A stretch of DNA of 59,799 nucleotides, filler included. It is 7 parts of 7 records of this genome, joined end to end, with 100 filler letters (N's around TTAATTAATTAA, not from the genome) between each part and the next. Parts side by side here need not be neighbours in the genome. Positions count along the whole stretch, not along the records: positions 15,621 to 33,076 come from DRR723986_41422; positions 33,177 to 39,610 come from DRR723986_41435; positions 39,711 to 47,710 come from DRR723986_41887; 4 more parts are not named here. One strand, 5' to 3'. Position 1 is the stretch's first letter, and the number at the start of each line of letters is the position of its first letter. The notes under the pieces are model-generated. The model had not been told where the DNA came from. It searched no databases and was given only the letters and a program-made list of their open reading frames with translations. Made by a program: the position numbers and the translations under genes. Of this stretch, positions 30,096 through 40,153 are shown in pieces.

Positions 30096-30428
30096 GGATC
30101 ACTCCCGAATAGAACAGTAAAGTCCAGCGGAATTTGCGAGTGCGCGGTGCAAATTGCTGCCAATAAAAATTAACAAATGTAGCAGTGTCAACTTCCCAGG
30201 TCCGAGCCCCACGTTTCCAGTGCAGTTCGAACAACGAAGGTAGGACCAAGCCGCCGGCAAGGCAGTAATGTTGCCCAATGCCGGCTCCAGCATAAACTGT
30301 TAACAAGGTATGCTTAAGGTAATATTCGAATTGGTCTGCAGCGCGAACACAACAATCGCATTCGCGTTACTAAGCGTCCTGGGAAAAATCACAGTGACCT
30401 TTGCAATCCAGCCTTTAGTGCTGCATTC

Positions 30429-32756
30429 TTAACGCGTGACAAATGAGGTATTGTACTGTAATCCGCTGCCCGACATTTTAACAAAATACAGGCCAGGATG
30501 TAGTGTTTGCGGTAAATTCAGCCGTAGCGTCAGCCCCGTCGGCGGTGTAATTGATTGGTGCAGAACGCCCCTTCCATGCACGTCAAATACGGCAATATCC
30601 AGTGCCACAGCGCCAACCGTGGCCACCGGTAATTCGATATTGACGTGATCCTCGCCAGGATTTGGATACACATTTAATGGCAGTTGAATCGCCGGATTTT
30701 CGCTGACACTCGTAGCAATAATATCGCTGCTCCAAATACCTGCCGACTCCTTAAATGCATACAGGCGGTCATCATGCTGAAAGAAATCCACTGGAGCAAA
30801 ATCAGCGGGAAACTCAGAGGTCTTGTCGATCCAGCGCCACTCACTACCAAGATATTCCAACTCAAAGATTCTTTGGCTGCTGATATTATCTACAAAAACG
30901 GTGGCCTGCATATACGCGCCACCCCTGACGACATCAATCTTGTTTATCCGGCCTACCATTCCGGTCTCAGCCGTCCTGAAGACATCATTGTCAACCGACC
31001 ACGAACGTCCACCATCACGGCTGTGAGCCACCTGATTGCTGGGCTCATGAACCGCCACCTGCATACCCAGGTCACCATATAGCTGAGTCGAATATTGATT
31101 AACATCTTCCCACTCAAACACAGCACGCCAGCTGTCTGTGCCATTTTCAAGTAGGAACATTTGCTCCTGCTGTTCTTCGGTCGACGTTATAATCAATACG
31201 CCCAAGAAGGTTTGCATCATCTGCGCCACAGGCACCGCTATTCCGCCGCGCGAGGGTAAATTGGCACTAAGGTCGGTCCAATTCTCGCCTTCATCCTCCG
31301 ATACCTGCACGCCACCGAACATCCATTCACGTTGTTCGCTGCGCACTCCGTCCGCATCGTAGCTGTATTCACTTGCGGAAAAAGAAGCATAAATGCCACC
31401 GCCCGGCCGCTTGTTAACCGACGTCATAAAAAACAGCGGGTTCTCACCTTCGTTAAGCTCCGTTTCCACAAAGTCAAAATTGGCGTCAATAAATGACCAG
31501 GTATCTCCAAGGTTTGAGGATCGCGCAAATCCATCAGGACGGAACATCACCGTGGAACGTCTTCCCCAACGGGCAAAAATACTGTTATCACTGATAAAGT
31601 AATCCGTGCTCAAACCATACTTAACAATTTCCCAGCTTGCGCCACCATCCAGCGACCTGTACAATATCTCAGGCGTAATCGCAAAAATAGCGTTCGGCAA
31701 AGCAAAGATTGTGGCATCCTTCAGGTACAGCCCTGCATTCCTTGGTTCCCAGCTTCTGCCAAAGTCACTTGACACAAAAACACCGTGCGGAGAGTCGGCA
31801 ATGACATCACCGTCCGCCCATATCAGATTGTTAAACTCCATCGGCGTGCTATTGAAGCTCCAATTATTTGCGCTAAATTGATAGTGCCAAAGCCGTTTAT
31901 CACTTGCAAGTAGAATTCCATCGGCATAAATTACGGCACGGTCAAAACTGGGTGACCTGCCTCTGCTATCCTTGCGAAGATTTGCATTCGCCTCTTCCCA
32001 GGTCTCGCCACTATCACCTGAGCGATACAAACCGTCTTCAATGTTAAACACATAAATATAACTGTCTGTCGAAAGCACATGGTCAAATGGCGCACCAAAT
32101 TCTGGTAACCTCAGCTCCGCCAGTTCAAATCCCCGATAGTTAAACTGCCGCAGTATTAAACGGTGGTGCTGATACACAAAGATGGAATTAACACCTTTGC
32201 TAATTCGCTCAATATTACCTCTCCAGGACTCAAGCGACACAAGCAGCTCCCAGTTAACACCGTCCTCCGAGGTATAAACATCACTACCAACCCCAATAAA
32301 TGCGGCGTCCTCTGTAAAACATAAACTTGGCATCAGGTAAGCGCGCGCAATTCCAGACGTCATATCCGGAAGATTGGCCTCCTGCCAGGATTCCCCCTTC
32401 GTCGTCGAAACCATTAACCGGCTCGGCTCAAGCGCACCTTCACTGCGGCTAAACAAAACTCCGCGCCATTCACGCAAATGTGAATTCCTGTACCAAAAAC
32501 TCTCCGCCTCTGCATTCCCAGCTGCCGGCTGCCAGACTCCATTCTCAAAACGCTGGATTCTGCCGTTGGCATATCCAAACATCAATTCCGCATCACCCGC
32601 CAATGCCTGAAACTCAGCTCCATTGGGGCCATTTAACTGACGCCATTCGGCTGCCGCGATCTCACATGTCACAACGCAACACAAGAGCAAAACAAGTAGA
32701 GCATGCATATCTGAATTTCCAGGTTTACTTCCAGGTGTTTTTGATTGTGTTAACAT
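30429..32756 (-). CDS. BNR/Asp-box beta-propeller protein with a T9SS C-terminal domain
   Basis: Signal peptide, WRQLNGPNG start, repeated SxDxGxxW boxes, VYPNP...GLYFVK tail; tandem paralogue of the interrupted gene. Confidence 0.85.
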   Translation of the reverse strand: MLTQSKTPGSKPGNSDMHALLVLLLCCVVTCEIAAAEWRQLNGPNGAEFQALAGDAELMFGYANGRIQRFENGVWQPAAGNAEAESFWYRNSHLREWRGVLFSRSEGALEPSRLMVSTTKGESWQEANLPDMTSGIARAYLMPSLCFTEDAAFIGVGSDVYTSEDGVNWELLVSLESWRGNIERISKGVNSIFVYQHHRLILRQFNYRGFELAELRLPEFGAPFDHVLSTDSYIYVFNIEDGLYRSGDSGETWEEANANLRKDSRGRSPSFDRAVIYADGILLASDKRLWHYQFSANNWSFNSTPMEFNNLIWADGDVIADSPHGVFVSSDFGRSWEPRNAGLYLKDATIFALPNAIFAITPEILYRSLDGGASWEIVKYGLSTDYFISDNSIFARWGRRSTVMFRPDGFARSSNLGDTWSFIDANFDFVETELNEGENPLFFMTSVNKRPGGGIYASFSASEYSYDADGVRSEQREWMFGGVQVSEDEGENWTDLSANLPSRGGIAVPVAQMMQTFLGVLIITSTEEQQEQMFLLENGTDSWRAVFEWEDVNQYSTQLYGDLGMQVAVHEPSNQVAHSRDGGRSWSVDNDVFRTAETGMVGRINKIDVVRGGAYMQATVFVDNISSQRIFELEYLGSEWRWIDKTSEFPADFAPVDFFQHDDRLYAFKESAGIWSSDIIATSVSENPAIQLPLNVYPNPGEDHVNIELPVATVGAVALDIAVFDVHGRGVLHQSITPPTGLTLRLNLPQTLHPGLYFVKMSGSGLQYNTSFVTR

Positions 32757-33176
32757 GCAGATACAACTCTGGACCTAACAGAATCAAATCCAAAAGTTAA
32801 CAGATCTTCGCCTGTTGTGCACACAATTGAGTTTTTGGTCTGGATGGACCCATTCTCACTCCAGAGCACTTCGCAATATGGCTAAATTTACGCGTTTATT
32901 TTTATTGGAGCGGGGGGATTGGAACAACACACTTTGGCCCGGCACGTTACATCGCGGCTGGCAGTCGCAGCGCTTTCATGTGGTGGCAGCGGCCGTCTCT
33001 CCTGACTTCTCAGCCTGCACGGTCTGTGTTTCCTTGCACTCTTGACCGCTTTGAGCCCTGCGCATGGCTTGGTCTCNNNNNNNNNNNNNNNNNNNNNNNN
33101 NNNNNNNNNNNNNNNNNNNNTTAATTAATTAANNNNNNNNNNNNNNNNNNNNNNNNNNNNNNNNNNNNNNNNNNNN

Positions 33177-33204
33177 GTAGGTTCAAATCCTACTCCCGCA
33201 ACCA
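33177..33204 (+). tRNA. 3' 28 nt (T arm, acceptor strand, CCA) of tRNA-Met(CAT), initiator type; att-site fragment
   Basis: GTAGGTTCAAATCCTACTCCCGCAACCA. Confidence 0.85.
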
Positions 33205-33342
33205 ATTAAAGGATCGGCTCCCATCAAGGGGACCGGCCCTTTAATTTTGTTACGTGAACATGGTGAATAGAGCTATGTTCATATGCAGCGAAGCGGAGCA
33301 ACGCGAACTCCTAAAACGAGCAAAAAGCTCCATCATCTTAAT

Positions 33343-33370
33343 CTAAAACATTCAATATTGATTGTTTTAG
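33343..33370. promoter_or_regulatory. Palindromic operator 1 (putative TetR site)
   Basis: CTAAAACATTCA-ATAT-TGATTGTTTTAG, one mismatch; same core as the sites at 37061 and 38014. Confidence 0.6.
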
Positions 33371-33592
33371 TATTTTATTTTAGTCTCAATGTCTTAGGTA
33401 CTGAATAGTTTGAGCCAATGGTTGCCAAGTAGGGGAAGTTGTATATTGAAATGCTCTGGTAAACTCGACTAGGGAGTTGATAATGTATGGATTTGAGCGG
33501 CAAAAAATGGCCATGTTTCAAGCTATCTGATCCCTATGTTTTGAAATTTAGCTTGTAATTATATACCGCATCGTGCCGCCAAGGATGAAAGC

Positions 33593-34102
33593 ATGAAACT
33601 ATCAATATTGAATAGCAAGTTGCCAGAGAATGCACTGAAGACAGTGCTGCTCGCTTTTTGCTGGACTCTGGATTTTCCTGCAAGCTACGCAAACGAACTG
33701 TCGTTTAAAACGGTGACTACTAAAGCTGAGAATGAGCAGCCAAAATTTGAGAAACGGTTGCTCGTTTTGCTGTCACAAACCAAAGTGGACCGACCCAAGC
33801 GAGATGTTCTCGCCAACCTTCAAAAAGGACATCTCGGTAACCTACGCAAGATGGCGGAGGCAGGCTACCTGCTGGTGGCAGGCCCAACACAAGCCATGCA
33901 AAAAGATGAATCTCCCCTTGCAGGTGTGTTGATATTTAAACTCGATGGGCCGGATGACCAGAAAGTCATCAATCAAATGCTATCACAAGACCCAATGATT
34001 AAAGCCAAACTATTAAAACCATTGAGTTATTCATTCTTTTTTGAAAACGGCGACAATTTGTATGAGCGCCATAGCAGGGGAACAAAAAATGGATCAGATT
34101 AA
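33593..34102 (+). CDS. YCII-related domain protein, probably exported
   Basis: GHLGNLRKMAEAG.LLVAGP...GVLIF...DPMIKA pattern of the YCII family; hydrophobic N-terminus. Confidence 0.7.
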   Translation: MKLSILNSKLPENALKTVLLAFCWTLDFPASYANELSFKTVTTKAENEQPKFEKRLLVLLSQTKVDRPKRDVLANLQKGHLGNLRKMAEAGYLLVAGPTQAMQKDESPLAGVLIFKLDGPDDQKVINQMLSQDPMIKAKLLKPLSYSFFFENGDNLYERHSRGTKNGSD

Positions 34103-34496
34103 CTTTTTAGGAGCCATGATTGGCGGTGTAGCAGCATTTTTTTTAGGAGGTTTGTGGTATTCACCCTTACTATTCGGCAATACATGGGCTGAGGTCTGCG
34201 GTTTAACTAGCGATCAGATTAAGGCGGCCAGCGTTGCTGGCATGATTGGAAAAACTCTGCCTTTATCTATACTCGCCTCTTTAGTTTTTGCAGCCTTTCT
34301 CGGGAGAGAAATAGATATAGTTTTCGGTGCATCTGCTGGGGTTGCTGCAGGTTTGTTTTGGGTAACCGGATCGCTCGGAATCAACTATGCCTTTGAGCAG
34401 AAGCCTTTCAAGCTATTTTTGATCAACGGTGGCTATCATACAGTCCAATTTGGTCTTTACGGAACCATTATTGGAGCCACAAATTCTGTCTTTTGA
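34089..34496 (+). CDS. DUF1761-like membrane protein
   Basis: INFLG...FFLGGLWYSPLLFG..W and FEQKPFKLFLINGGYH motifs; four TM helices. Confidence 0.8.
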   Translation: MDQINFLGAMIGGVAAFFLGGLWYSPLLFGNTWAEVCGLTSDQIKAASVAGMIGKTLPLSILASLVFAAFLGREIDIVFGASAGVAAGLFWVTGSLGINYAFEQKPFKLFLINGGYHTVQFGLYGTIIGATNSVF

Positions 34497-34537
34497 AGCG
34501 TAAGATTAATTCTGTGCGCCTAGCCTGAAGGCGAAGT

Positions 34538-35563
34538 TTATTTGGCTTTGGTCAAGTAAGCTTTGACTAACTGGTATTCTTCTAGAGACAGGGCATTAAA
34601 CGCCCTGTAAAATTTTGCATCTGCAACTGCTCCCGCCATCGAATTGATGGACATACCTTGCGAGGTAGCAACGAAATTTTCAGTGTTAGTAGGCTCAATT
34701 AAGCCAAGCTCGACTAATTCTGAGAATGCTCGTGCACAGCTCTTAAATGAGTGCCCCCAATGTTCACGAGAACTGCACATTTCAGTAGTTGTAAGCCATC
34801 CACCCGTAACACCATCAAGAAGTTCAACGCTTAACGGTGTTTTGGGTTGAACAATAGGCGTGTTTGTCTCCCCCAATAAATCGAAACGATTGTGCGCTAT
34901 GAGATTTCGAGCTGCTAGAAAATCAAAGAAAATATCAAACTCATGATCTGCTCCATTGGGGAGCCTATTGAGCCTGAACCTGTTTCGCAGTCTATGGGCA
35001 TACGGAAAGTCCAAAGTGTCTATCTCTAGTTCAAGCGCTTGCGTAATTTTGCTCAATGCGGCGAGTACAGTAAGCGGCGTGTGCAATCCTCTCTCCTGTC
35101 TTGCTTTCATAAGAACTTGAAGTAATTCGGTTGCCTTATCGCTAAACCGAAAAACATCACCATCTCTTAGTAACAAGCCAGAAGCATGAAGTGACAGAAT
35201 CCGTTCTGTCACAATCGATGGATTATAATGAGGGTATCTTCGCAGAACCAGATCAAGGCTGATTGTTTGACCGTCAAAATATAAGCCATAACGGAATAAT
35301 AGCCGAATATGCCCTTCTTGTAGGTCCGCAGATTTTGCGAGGTTTTGATATAAGCGTGGTGGTAGATGTTGCCTTTCTTGGGTGCTCGCGACTTGCCAAT
35401 AGTGGTGCCAGATTTGATCATTTTCTGCACGTTCTGCCACAGAGACTGGACCTTCTATAGAGCTCAGTCTTGCATTAAATGTTGCGGGTGCAGTGTGATC
35501 GACAGATTCTGCACGCATTGCCCCGGACAGGAGTAACAGAATGAAAATTCGGATCATTGGCAT
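34538..35563 (-). CDS. Hypothetical exported protein
   Basis: 341-aa ORF with a signal-like N-terminus, overlapping the stop of the upstream gene. Confidence 0.65.
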   Translation of the reverse strand: MPMIRIFILLLLSGAMRAESVDHTAPATFNARLSSIEGPVSVAERAENDQIWHHYWQVASTQERQHLPPRLYQNLAKSADLQEGHIRLLFRYGLYFDGQTISLDLVLRRYPHYNPSIVTERILSLHASGLLLRDGDVFRFSDKATELLQVLMKARQERGLHTPLTVLAALSKITQALELEIDTLDFPYAHRLRNRFRLNRLPNGADHEFDIFFDFLAARNLIAHNRFDLLGETNTPIVQPKTPLSVELLDGVTGGWLTTTEMCSSREHWGHSFKSCARAFSELVELGLIEPTNTENFVATSQGMSINSMAGAVADAKFYRAFNALSLEEYQLVKAYLTKAK

Positions 35564-37026
35564 TTATCCTTGGCGGTTAGGTCTACATGAACCGTGTCAC
35601 TCACTTGGTTACAAACCGCTCCAACTTTGCCATGAAACCATATTTCTAATCGGCTTACTTTAACCCCGGGCTCAATGCCGAACATCATTATCGGTACTGT
35701 TTGGCTTCGTAGACTGGAACTGCCTGCAGTGTGCCTATATAGCGCCTGGCCGTTATCTGTCCTCGCAATTGCACTAACATTAAACGCAGCCTGTTTGCCT
35801 CCATTGCTGACAGAAACGATAAGGGTTTGCCCTTTTGCGTTTGCAGACAGGTCGTTTCGGAGAATTAAATTGCTCCGCTCATCCCAGATGGCAACTGCGA
35901 TGTCTGGGTCCCCATCAAAGTCAATGTCCGTTGAAGATATCCCTGAGCTTGCAGAGCCCATCGCTGGATAGCTCGGGTGTTCGATTTCCTGCACTAAATG
36001 AAAAGTTGTTCCTTGGTTTTCGAAAACCTGAATCGGCCCATCATAATTGCCCGTTGCAAAGTCTATGTCTCCATCAAGGTCGAAGTCATTTGTAGAGACA
36101 GCCCATGTCTGTAACTTGTGGGCAGCTAAAAAAGGCTGGTTAGTCATAATGAAACAACCACTTTGGTTCTCGAGTACAACTGTCGGCCCGCCGAGTTTTG
36201 CCAAAATAAGGTCAGGGTCGCCGTCATTGTCAATGTCTGCCCATGCAGCGCCAGCTGAAATTCCTTGACCAGTATCAAAGTCACAATTTGTTTTTGCGTG
36301 CTTTACGAACCTTCCATCGCCCAGGTTACGGTAAAGCGTATCAGCTCCAGCTGGGCTGGAAATAAACAAATCAGGCCAGCCATCCAAATTGAAATCAGCA
36401 GTGACGCCGCTACCTTGAGGTGTTTCTTCACTTGTCCACGGATAAAAGGGCTTATCCGAAACGTCTTTAAGGCCGTCGCTGTTTATTTCATAGACCTTTG
36501 AAGGGCCTGCAAGATCGAAGAAAAGCAATTGATGCTTACCATCATTGTTCAAATCTTCGAAGCTACAATGGTAGTTGTCACCTGTATTCAAGGACGCATC
36601 ATGCAACTCATGAGTCTCACCGTCACGTATGAAGTAGACTCTGTTCGGTTCCCCGTTCTGATTTGCCTCAGCAAAGACTATTATATCTTTTTCCCATCCG
36701 TACCCCCAGCATAGCCCAGATGTACTGGTGCCTTGAAAGTTTATGCCGGAAAAAAAAATGCCCTGACCGACCGCAAAGCCTGCAGGTGACTGTGAGAGGA
36801 CGTGGGAGGCGTTTTGCCCACTATGAGCATTAGCAAATAGTAGGGAGAGATTGTTGTCTTGGCCTGAAAACCACGTTGCGCCGCCAGAAAACCCACCAGA
36901 ACTCTCTAACTCAATAGCTGTAAATGGTTTTTGCGCGTAAACAGCTTGCAGGCTTCCCGCAAGCCACGTCAAAAAAACGGTGATGGTTACAAAACGCTGC
37001 ATTGTTTGCCCCATAGTTTCCTCCAA
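35554..37026 (-). CDS. FG-GAP/VCBS-repeat protein with an ASPIC/UnbV-like C-terminus (CRTAC1-like)
   Basis: Repeated DxDxDGxxD motifs (DFNLDGWPDL, DIDNDGDPDL, DFDLDGDIDF, DIDFDGDPDI); C-terminal SSLRSQ...FGI...LEIWF. Confidence 0.8.
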   Translation of the reverse strand: MEETMGQTMQRFVTITVFLTWLAGSLQAVYAQKPFTAIELESSGGFSGGATWFSGQDNNLSLLFANAHSGQNASHVLSQSPAGFAVGQGIFFSGINFQGTSTSGLCWGYGWEKDIIVFAEANQNGEPNRVYFIRDGETHELHDASLNTGDNYHCSFEDLNNDGKHQLLFFDLAGPSKVYEINSDGLKDVSDKPFYPWTSEETPQGSGVTADFNLDGWPDLFISSPAGADTLYRNLGDGRFVKHAKTNCDFDTGQGISAGAAWADIDNDGDPDLILAKLGGPTVVLENQSGCFIMTNQPFLAAHKLQTWAVSTNDFDLDGDIDFATGNYDGPIQVFENQGTTFHLVQEIEHPSYPAMGSASSGISSTDIDFDGDPDIAVAIWDERSNLILRNDLSANAKGQTLIVSVSNGGKQAAFNVSAIARTDNGQALYRHTAGSSSLRSQTVPIMMFGIEPGVKVSRLEIWFHGKVGAVCNQVSDTVHVDLTAKDKCQ

Positions 37027-37060
37027 TTTGTATGCTCATGACAAAGTGAGAAAGATATCT

Positions 37061-37102
37061 GTTAAACCATAAACATTCAACTATGAATGTTTATGGTTTA
37101 AC
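37061..37102. promoter_or_regulatory. Palindromic operator 2 (putative TetR site)
   Basis: Perfect 19-bp inverted repeat GTTAAACCATAAACATTCA-ACTA-TGAATGTTTATGGTTTAAC upstream of the FG-GAP gene. Confidence 0.75.
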
Positions 37103-37133
37103 TATAACTGCTTGGACAAAATTGGAGTATTTC

Positions 37134-37799
37134 CTACTTAAGCTTTTGGCAGATTTGGTTTAGCCGTGCGTCAAAAAGGGGCGTTACACTCTCAATCACC
37201 TTAAGAGTTTCTTTCTCTGACCTGACAACTTCCATAATTTTAATCCCGCGGAAGAAATCCGCAATTGCTTCTAGAAAAGGGTATGCTTCTTTTTCGACAA
37301 CACTTGGGTTAAATATTTCTCGCAAAACCACCTTTCGGTGTTCCGCAAACCGGCTTGATTGAATCATCCATTCTTTCTGAAGGATTGCATCATGCCTGGA
37401 TAGCAACATCATTTCATAGCCAGCATAGAATGATTCTGGATAGGCTTGTTTCCATATCCGGGTGTATACGTCAGATGGTCTATCTGGGGAAAACAAACTG
37501 CGTATGCCTTCAGAGATTTCTGCTTGCGCCTTCTCGACCATTAAAGCCACTGCGCCAGCAATGAGGTTCTCTCTAGTTTTAAAGTGATGTAAATATGCGC
37601 CGCGAGTGACGCCAGCTTTTTTAGCGATGGAGGTTGTATTAGTGTAGGCGACCCCGTTCTGCGTAAAACATTCGATAGCCGCCTCCAAAAGCTTAAGTCT
37701 TGTTAACTCACTGCGCGGCTGAATTGCTGGCTCGATTAATTCCGAAGGTGGTATTTGTGGTTGATCTGGCATACATCCGGACAATTGAAAGTAGAACAA
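37134..37799 (-). CDS. TetR/AcrR family transcriptional regulator
   Basis: TRLKLLEAAIECF..NG...T.T..IAKKAGVTRGAYLHHFKTRENL HTH. Confidence 0.92.
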   Translation of the reverse strand: MFYFQLSGCMPDQPQIPPSELIEPAIQPRSELTRLKLLEAAIECFTQNGVAYTNTTSIAKKAGVTRGAYLHHFKTRENLIAGAVALMVEKAQAEISEGIRSLFSPDRPSDVYTRIWKQAYPESFYAGYEMMLLSRHDAILQKEWMIQSSRFAEHRKVVLREIFNPSVVEKEAYPFLEAIADFFRGIKIMEVVRSEKETLKVIESVTPLFDARLNQICQKLK

Positions 37800-38013
37800 T
37801 GTTGTTGGTTCAATTGTTACACAAAACTATTGCGACAGTCACTAACTCTTGAGATGACATGATTAGAATAAAATTTAGCTACGTCACTTGTCTAATTGAG
37901 CTCGCTAAATGGCCCGCCATCTTCATTCCTTTGTTTTTTAGAGGAACCCGAAAACACTCATTTAAACGGTAATTTGAATTTTCCAGCTCGAACTCAGTGG
38001 TGAATAAACTGCC

Positions 38014-38049
38014 AATTTATAAACATTCAGTATTGAATGTTTATAAATT
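38014..38049. promoter_or_regulatory. Palindromic operator 3 (putative TetR site)
   Basis: Perfect 16-bp inverted repeat AATTTATAAACATTCA-GTAT-TGAATGTTTATAAATT between tetR and the divergent SDR gene. Confidence 0.75.
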
Positions 38050-38122
38050 AATGGATAGCTTTTCACGAGGCATGTCATTTCGAGGGAATGCATGTATTGG
38101 ACACATATTAGAGTAGGTAGCA

Positions 38123-39289
38123 ATGAATCGGCGTGAATTTTTGATTTCAGTATCAGCTGCTGTGGCGGCAGGCTTTTTGTCTTCGACAACTTTGGCTAGA
38201 ACACCGGTGAAGATTGATGTTCGAGACTTCTCCACCCTCTATCTAGCAAAGGCAGATAAGCCTTTGAATATACTTTTTCTCGGGGGCACCAATTTTGTTG
38301 GGCCTCCCACTGTACAGCGGCTGCTAGATCGCGGACACAATGTAACGCTCTTCAACAGGGGGCAAACAAATTCATTTCTTTTCCCAGAATTGGAGAAGCT
38401 GCGCGGTAATCGCTATCCTGCACGCGGCAAGGGATTATCTGCGCTATTTGGAAACCGTTCCTGGGATGTTGTCATTGATACTTGGCGTCAAAACCCGCTT
38501 GCGGTTGATGAAATGATTTCACTTCTAAAGAATCGGGTGCAGCACTACATATACGTTTCTTCAATTGCGGTTTACGGGAACAATAATTACGAGAATGTCT
38601 CTCCGATTGACGAACAGACGCCCTTGCCTGAGGTCACACACCCGACAAGCATAGATGAAGATGTTGGATACCGGCGCTCAAAAATTTTGGCAGATCAATC
38701 GGTTCTCAATATGGGGAATCAAGGTATTACCGTGCGGGCGCATGGAATATATGGCTATTATATGGGCGATGACACAGATGGTCAGGCCTATTGGCCAGTT
38801 CGTTTAGATCGAGGCGGTGATATTCTTTGTCCTGGCGATGGCAGTGACGGGTTTCAGTTTATTGATGTCCTAGATTTAGCAAAATTTGTTGCGCAACTCT
38901 CAGAAAATGGCGGTTATGGAGCATATAACACATGCGACAGACTATTATTTCGAGAACTCTTAACCCGGTTGCAAGGGATTGCGACAGAAGCTTCTCAGTT
39001 GCATTGGGTGCCAGAGTCAATTCTCTCACAAGAGGGAATTAGGCCTTTTTCAAACCTACCTGGTTGGGTTCCGCGTCGTCGAGGGCCAGGTTTTCACAAT
39101 ATTTCCGATAAACGTGCCTTATCGGCAGGGCTGGAATATAGAAAAATGGAAGATACGTTCCAGAGGGTGATAGATGGGCTGTATGCCCGAAAAGGAAAAG
39201 ATTTTACTTTCGGAACTCCCATTGTGTCGGATTTAGAAAGCTCTCGGGTCTTGTCCAAGCACGGGTTTATCGAGAATTTCAAGCAGTGA
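38123..39289 (+). CDS. Tat-signal NAD-dependent epimerase/dehydratase (extended SDR)
   Basis: MNRREFL twin-arginine signal, LGGTNFVG Rossmann motif, YVSSIAVY, YRRSK. Confidence 0.85.
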   Translation: MNRREFLISVSAAVAAGFLSSTTLARTPVKIDVRDFSTLYLAKADKPLNILFLGGTNFVGPPTVQRLLDRGHNVTLFNRGQTNSFLFPELEKLRGNRYPARGKGLSALFGNRSWDVVIDTWRQNPLAVDEMISLLKNRVQHYIYVSSIAVYGNNNYENVSPIDEQTPLPEVTHPTSIDEDVGYRRSKILADQSVLNMGNQGITVRAHGIYGYYMGDDTDGQAYWPVRLDRGGDILCPGDGSDGFQFIDVLDLAKFVAQLSENGGYGAYNTCDRLLFRELLTRLQGIATEASQLHWVPESILSQEGIRPFSNLPGWVPRRRGPGFHNISDKRALSAGLEYRKMEDTFQRVIDGLYARKGKDFTFGTPIVSDLESSRVLSKHGFIENFKQ

Positions 39290-39588
39290 TCAGTTTGCTG
39301 ATGTTAGGTCGTTTGATGCGAATTCTCATTATAAGTTTCTCTTGTGAGGCATCACATAGATTTGGGTTTTAGAGTCTTTAAATAAGAGAGTATCTGAATT
39401 CATTTGTTAACATTATGCAGTTACCTTTGATCATTATATTTTATTTAAGGCTGTGTTAAAAACCAAAGATTAGTACTCATACCGCTTTAAAATGGGTTTT
39501 CCAATTCGCAGTTTTATCAGATTTTCTATCACATTATTTTTTAATGAAATTTATTATCCAATTATATCAATAGTTATAGGCCTATCAA

Positions 39589-39610
39589 TCAGGCTCATAA
39601 CCTGAAGGTC
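39589..39610 (+). tRNA. Anticodon arm and variable region of tRNA-Met(CAT) without the 5' half; att-site fragment
   Basis: TCAGG-CTCATAA-CCTGA-AGGTC; the upstream sequence is not tRNA-like; continues exactly into the fragment at 33177. Confidence 0.8.
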
Positions 39611-39710
39611 NNNNNNNNNNNNNNNNNNNNNNNNNNNNNNNNNNNNNNNNNNNNTTAATTAATTAANNNNNNNNNNNNNNNNNNNNNNNNNNNNNNNNNN
39701 NNNNNNNNNN

Positions 39711-39956
39711 CCAGTAGGCGTACATTTTTGCCACGGCATAGGGGGAGCGAGGGTGGAAGGGCGTCGTCTCGCGTTGGGGAACTTCCTGCACGAGGCCGTA
39801 GAGCTCGGAGGTCGATGCCTGGTAGAAGCGCGCCTTGTCGGTCAGATTCAGAAAGCGAACGGCTTCCAGGAGCCGCAGGGTGCCCATGGCATCCACGTCT
39901 GCTGTGTATTCGGGGGCCTCGAAGCTCACAGCCACGTGGCTCTGAGCGCCGAGGTT
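39711..39956 (-). pseudogene. gmd: Internal fragment of GDP-mannose 4,6-dehydratase
   Basis: [18 protein letters not shown]...[11 protein letters not shown]...PRSPYAVAK; 5' part is replaced by unrelated sequence. Confidence 0.85.
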
Positions 39957-40095
39957 AGAGGCGTCTAGTGGCTTGCCCAATTGCACCGAGGCAAACTCAA
40001 GTATGTTGAGTTCCACACTCGAAGCCGCCGGCATCGAATTCATCGGAACGCCGGATGACCGTCCCGGCATCCGCATTGGGTCCCCGAAGACCTGA
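39952..40095 (+). pseudogene. C-terminal fragment of an XRE-family regulator
   Basis: RLEASSG...[22 protein letters not shown] typical of alphaproteobacterial XRE proteins; start missing. Confidence 0.55.
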
Positions 40096-40153
40096 CTGAA
40101 ACTGGCGTCGCGCAGCAGACACTTCTTCAACGGGACAGTTCCAGATCGCCACC

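Noticed and set aside
39663-40130. 155-aa ORF as a novel Gmd variant; likewise ORFs 42445-43032, 43776-44384 and 41564-42154 as novel fusions
   Set aside because: They are read-throughs across fragment junctions joining real gene pieces to antisense sequence.
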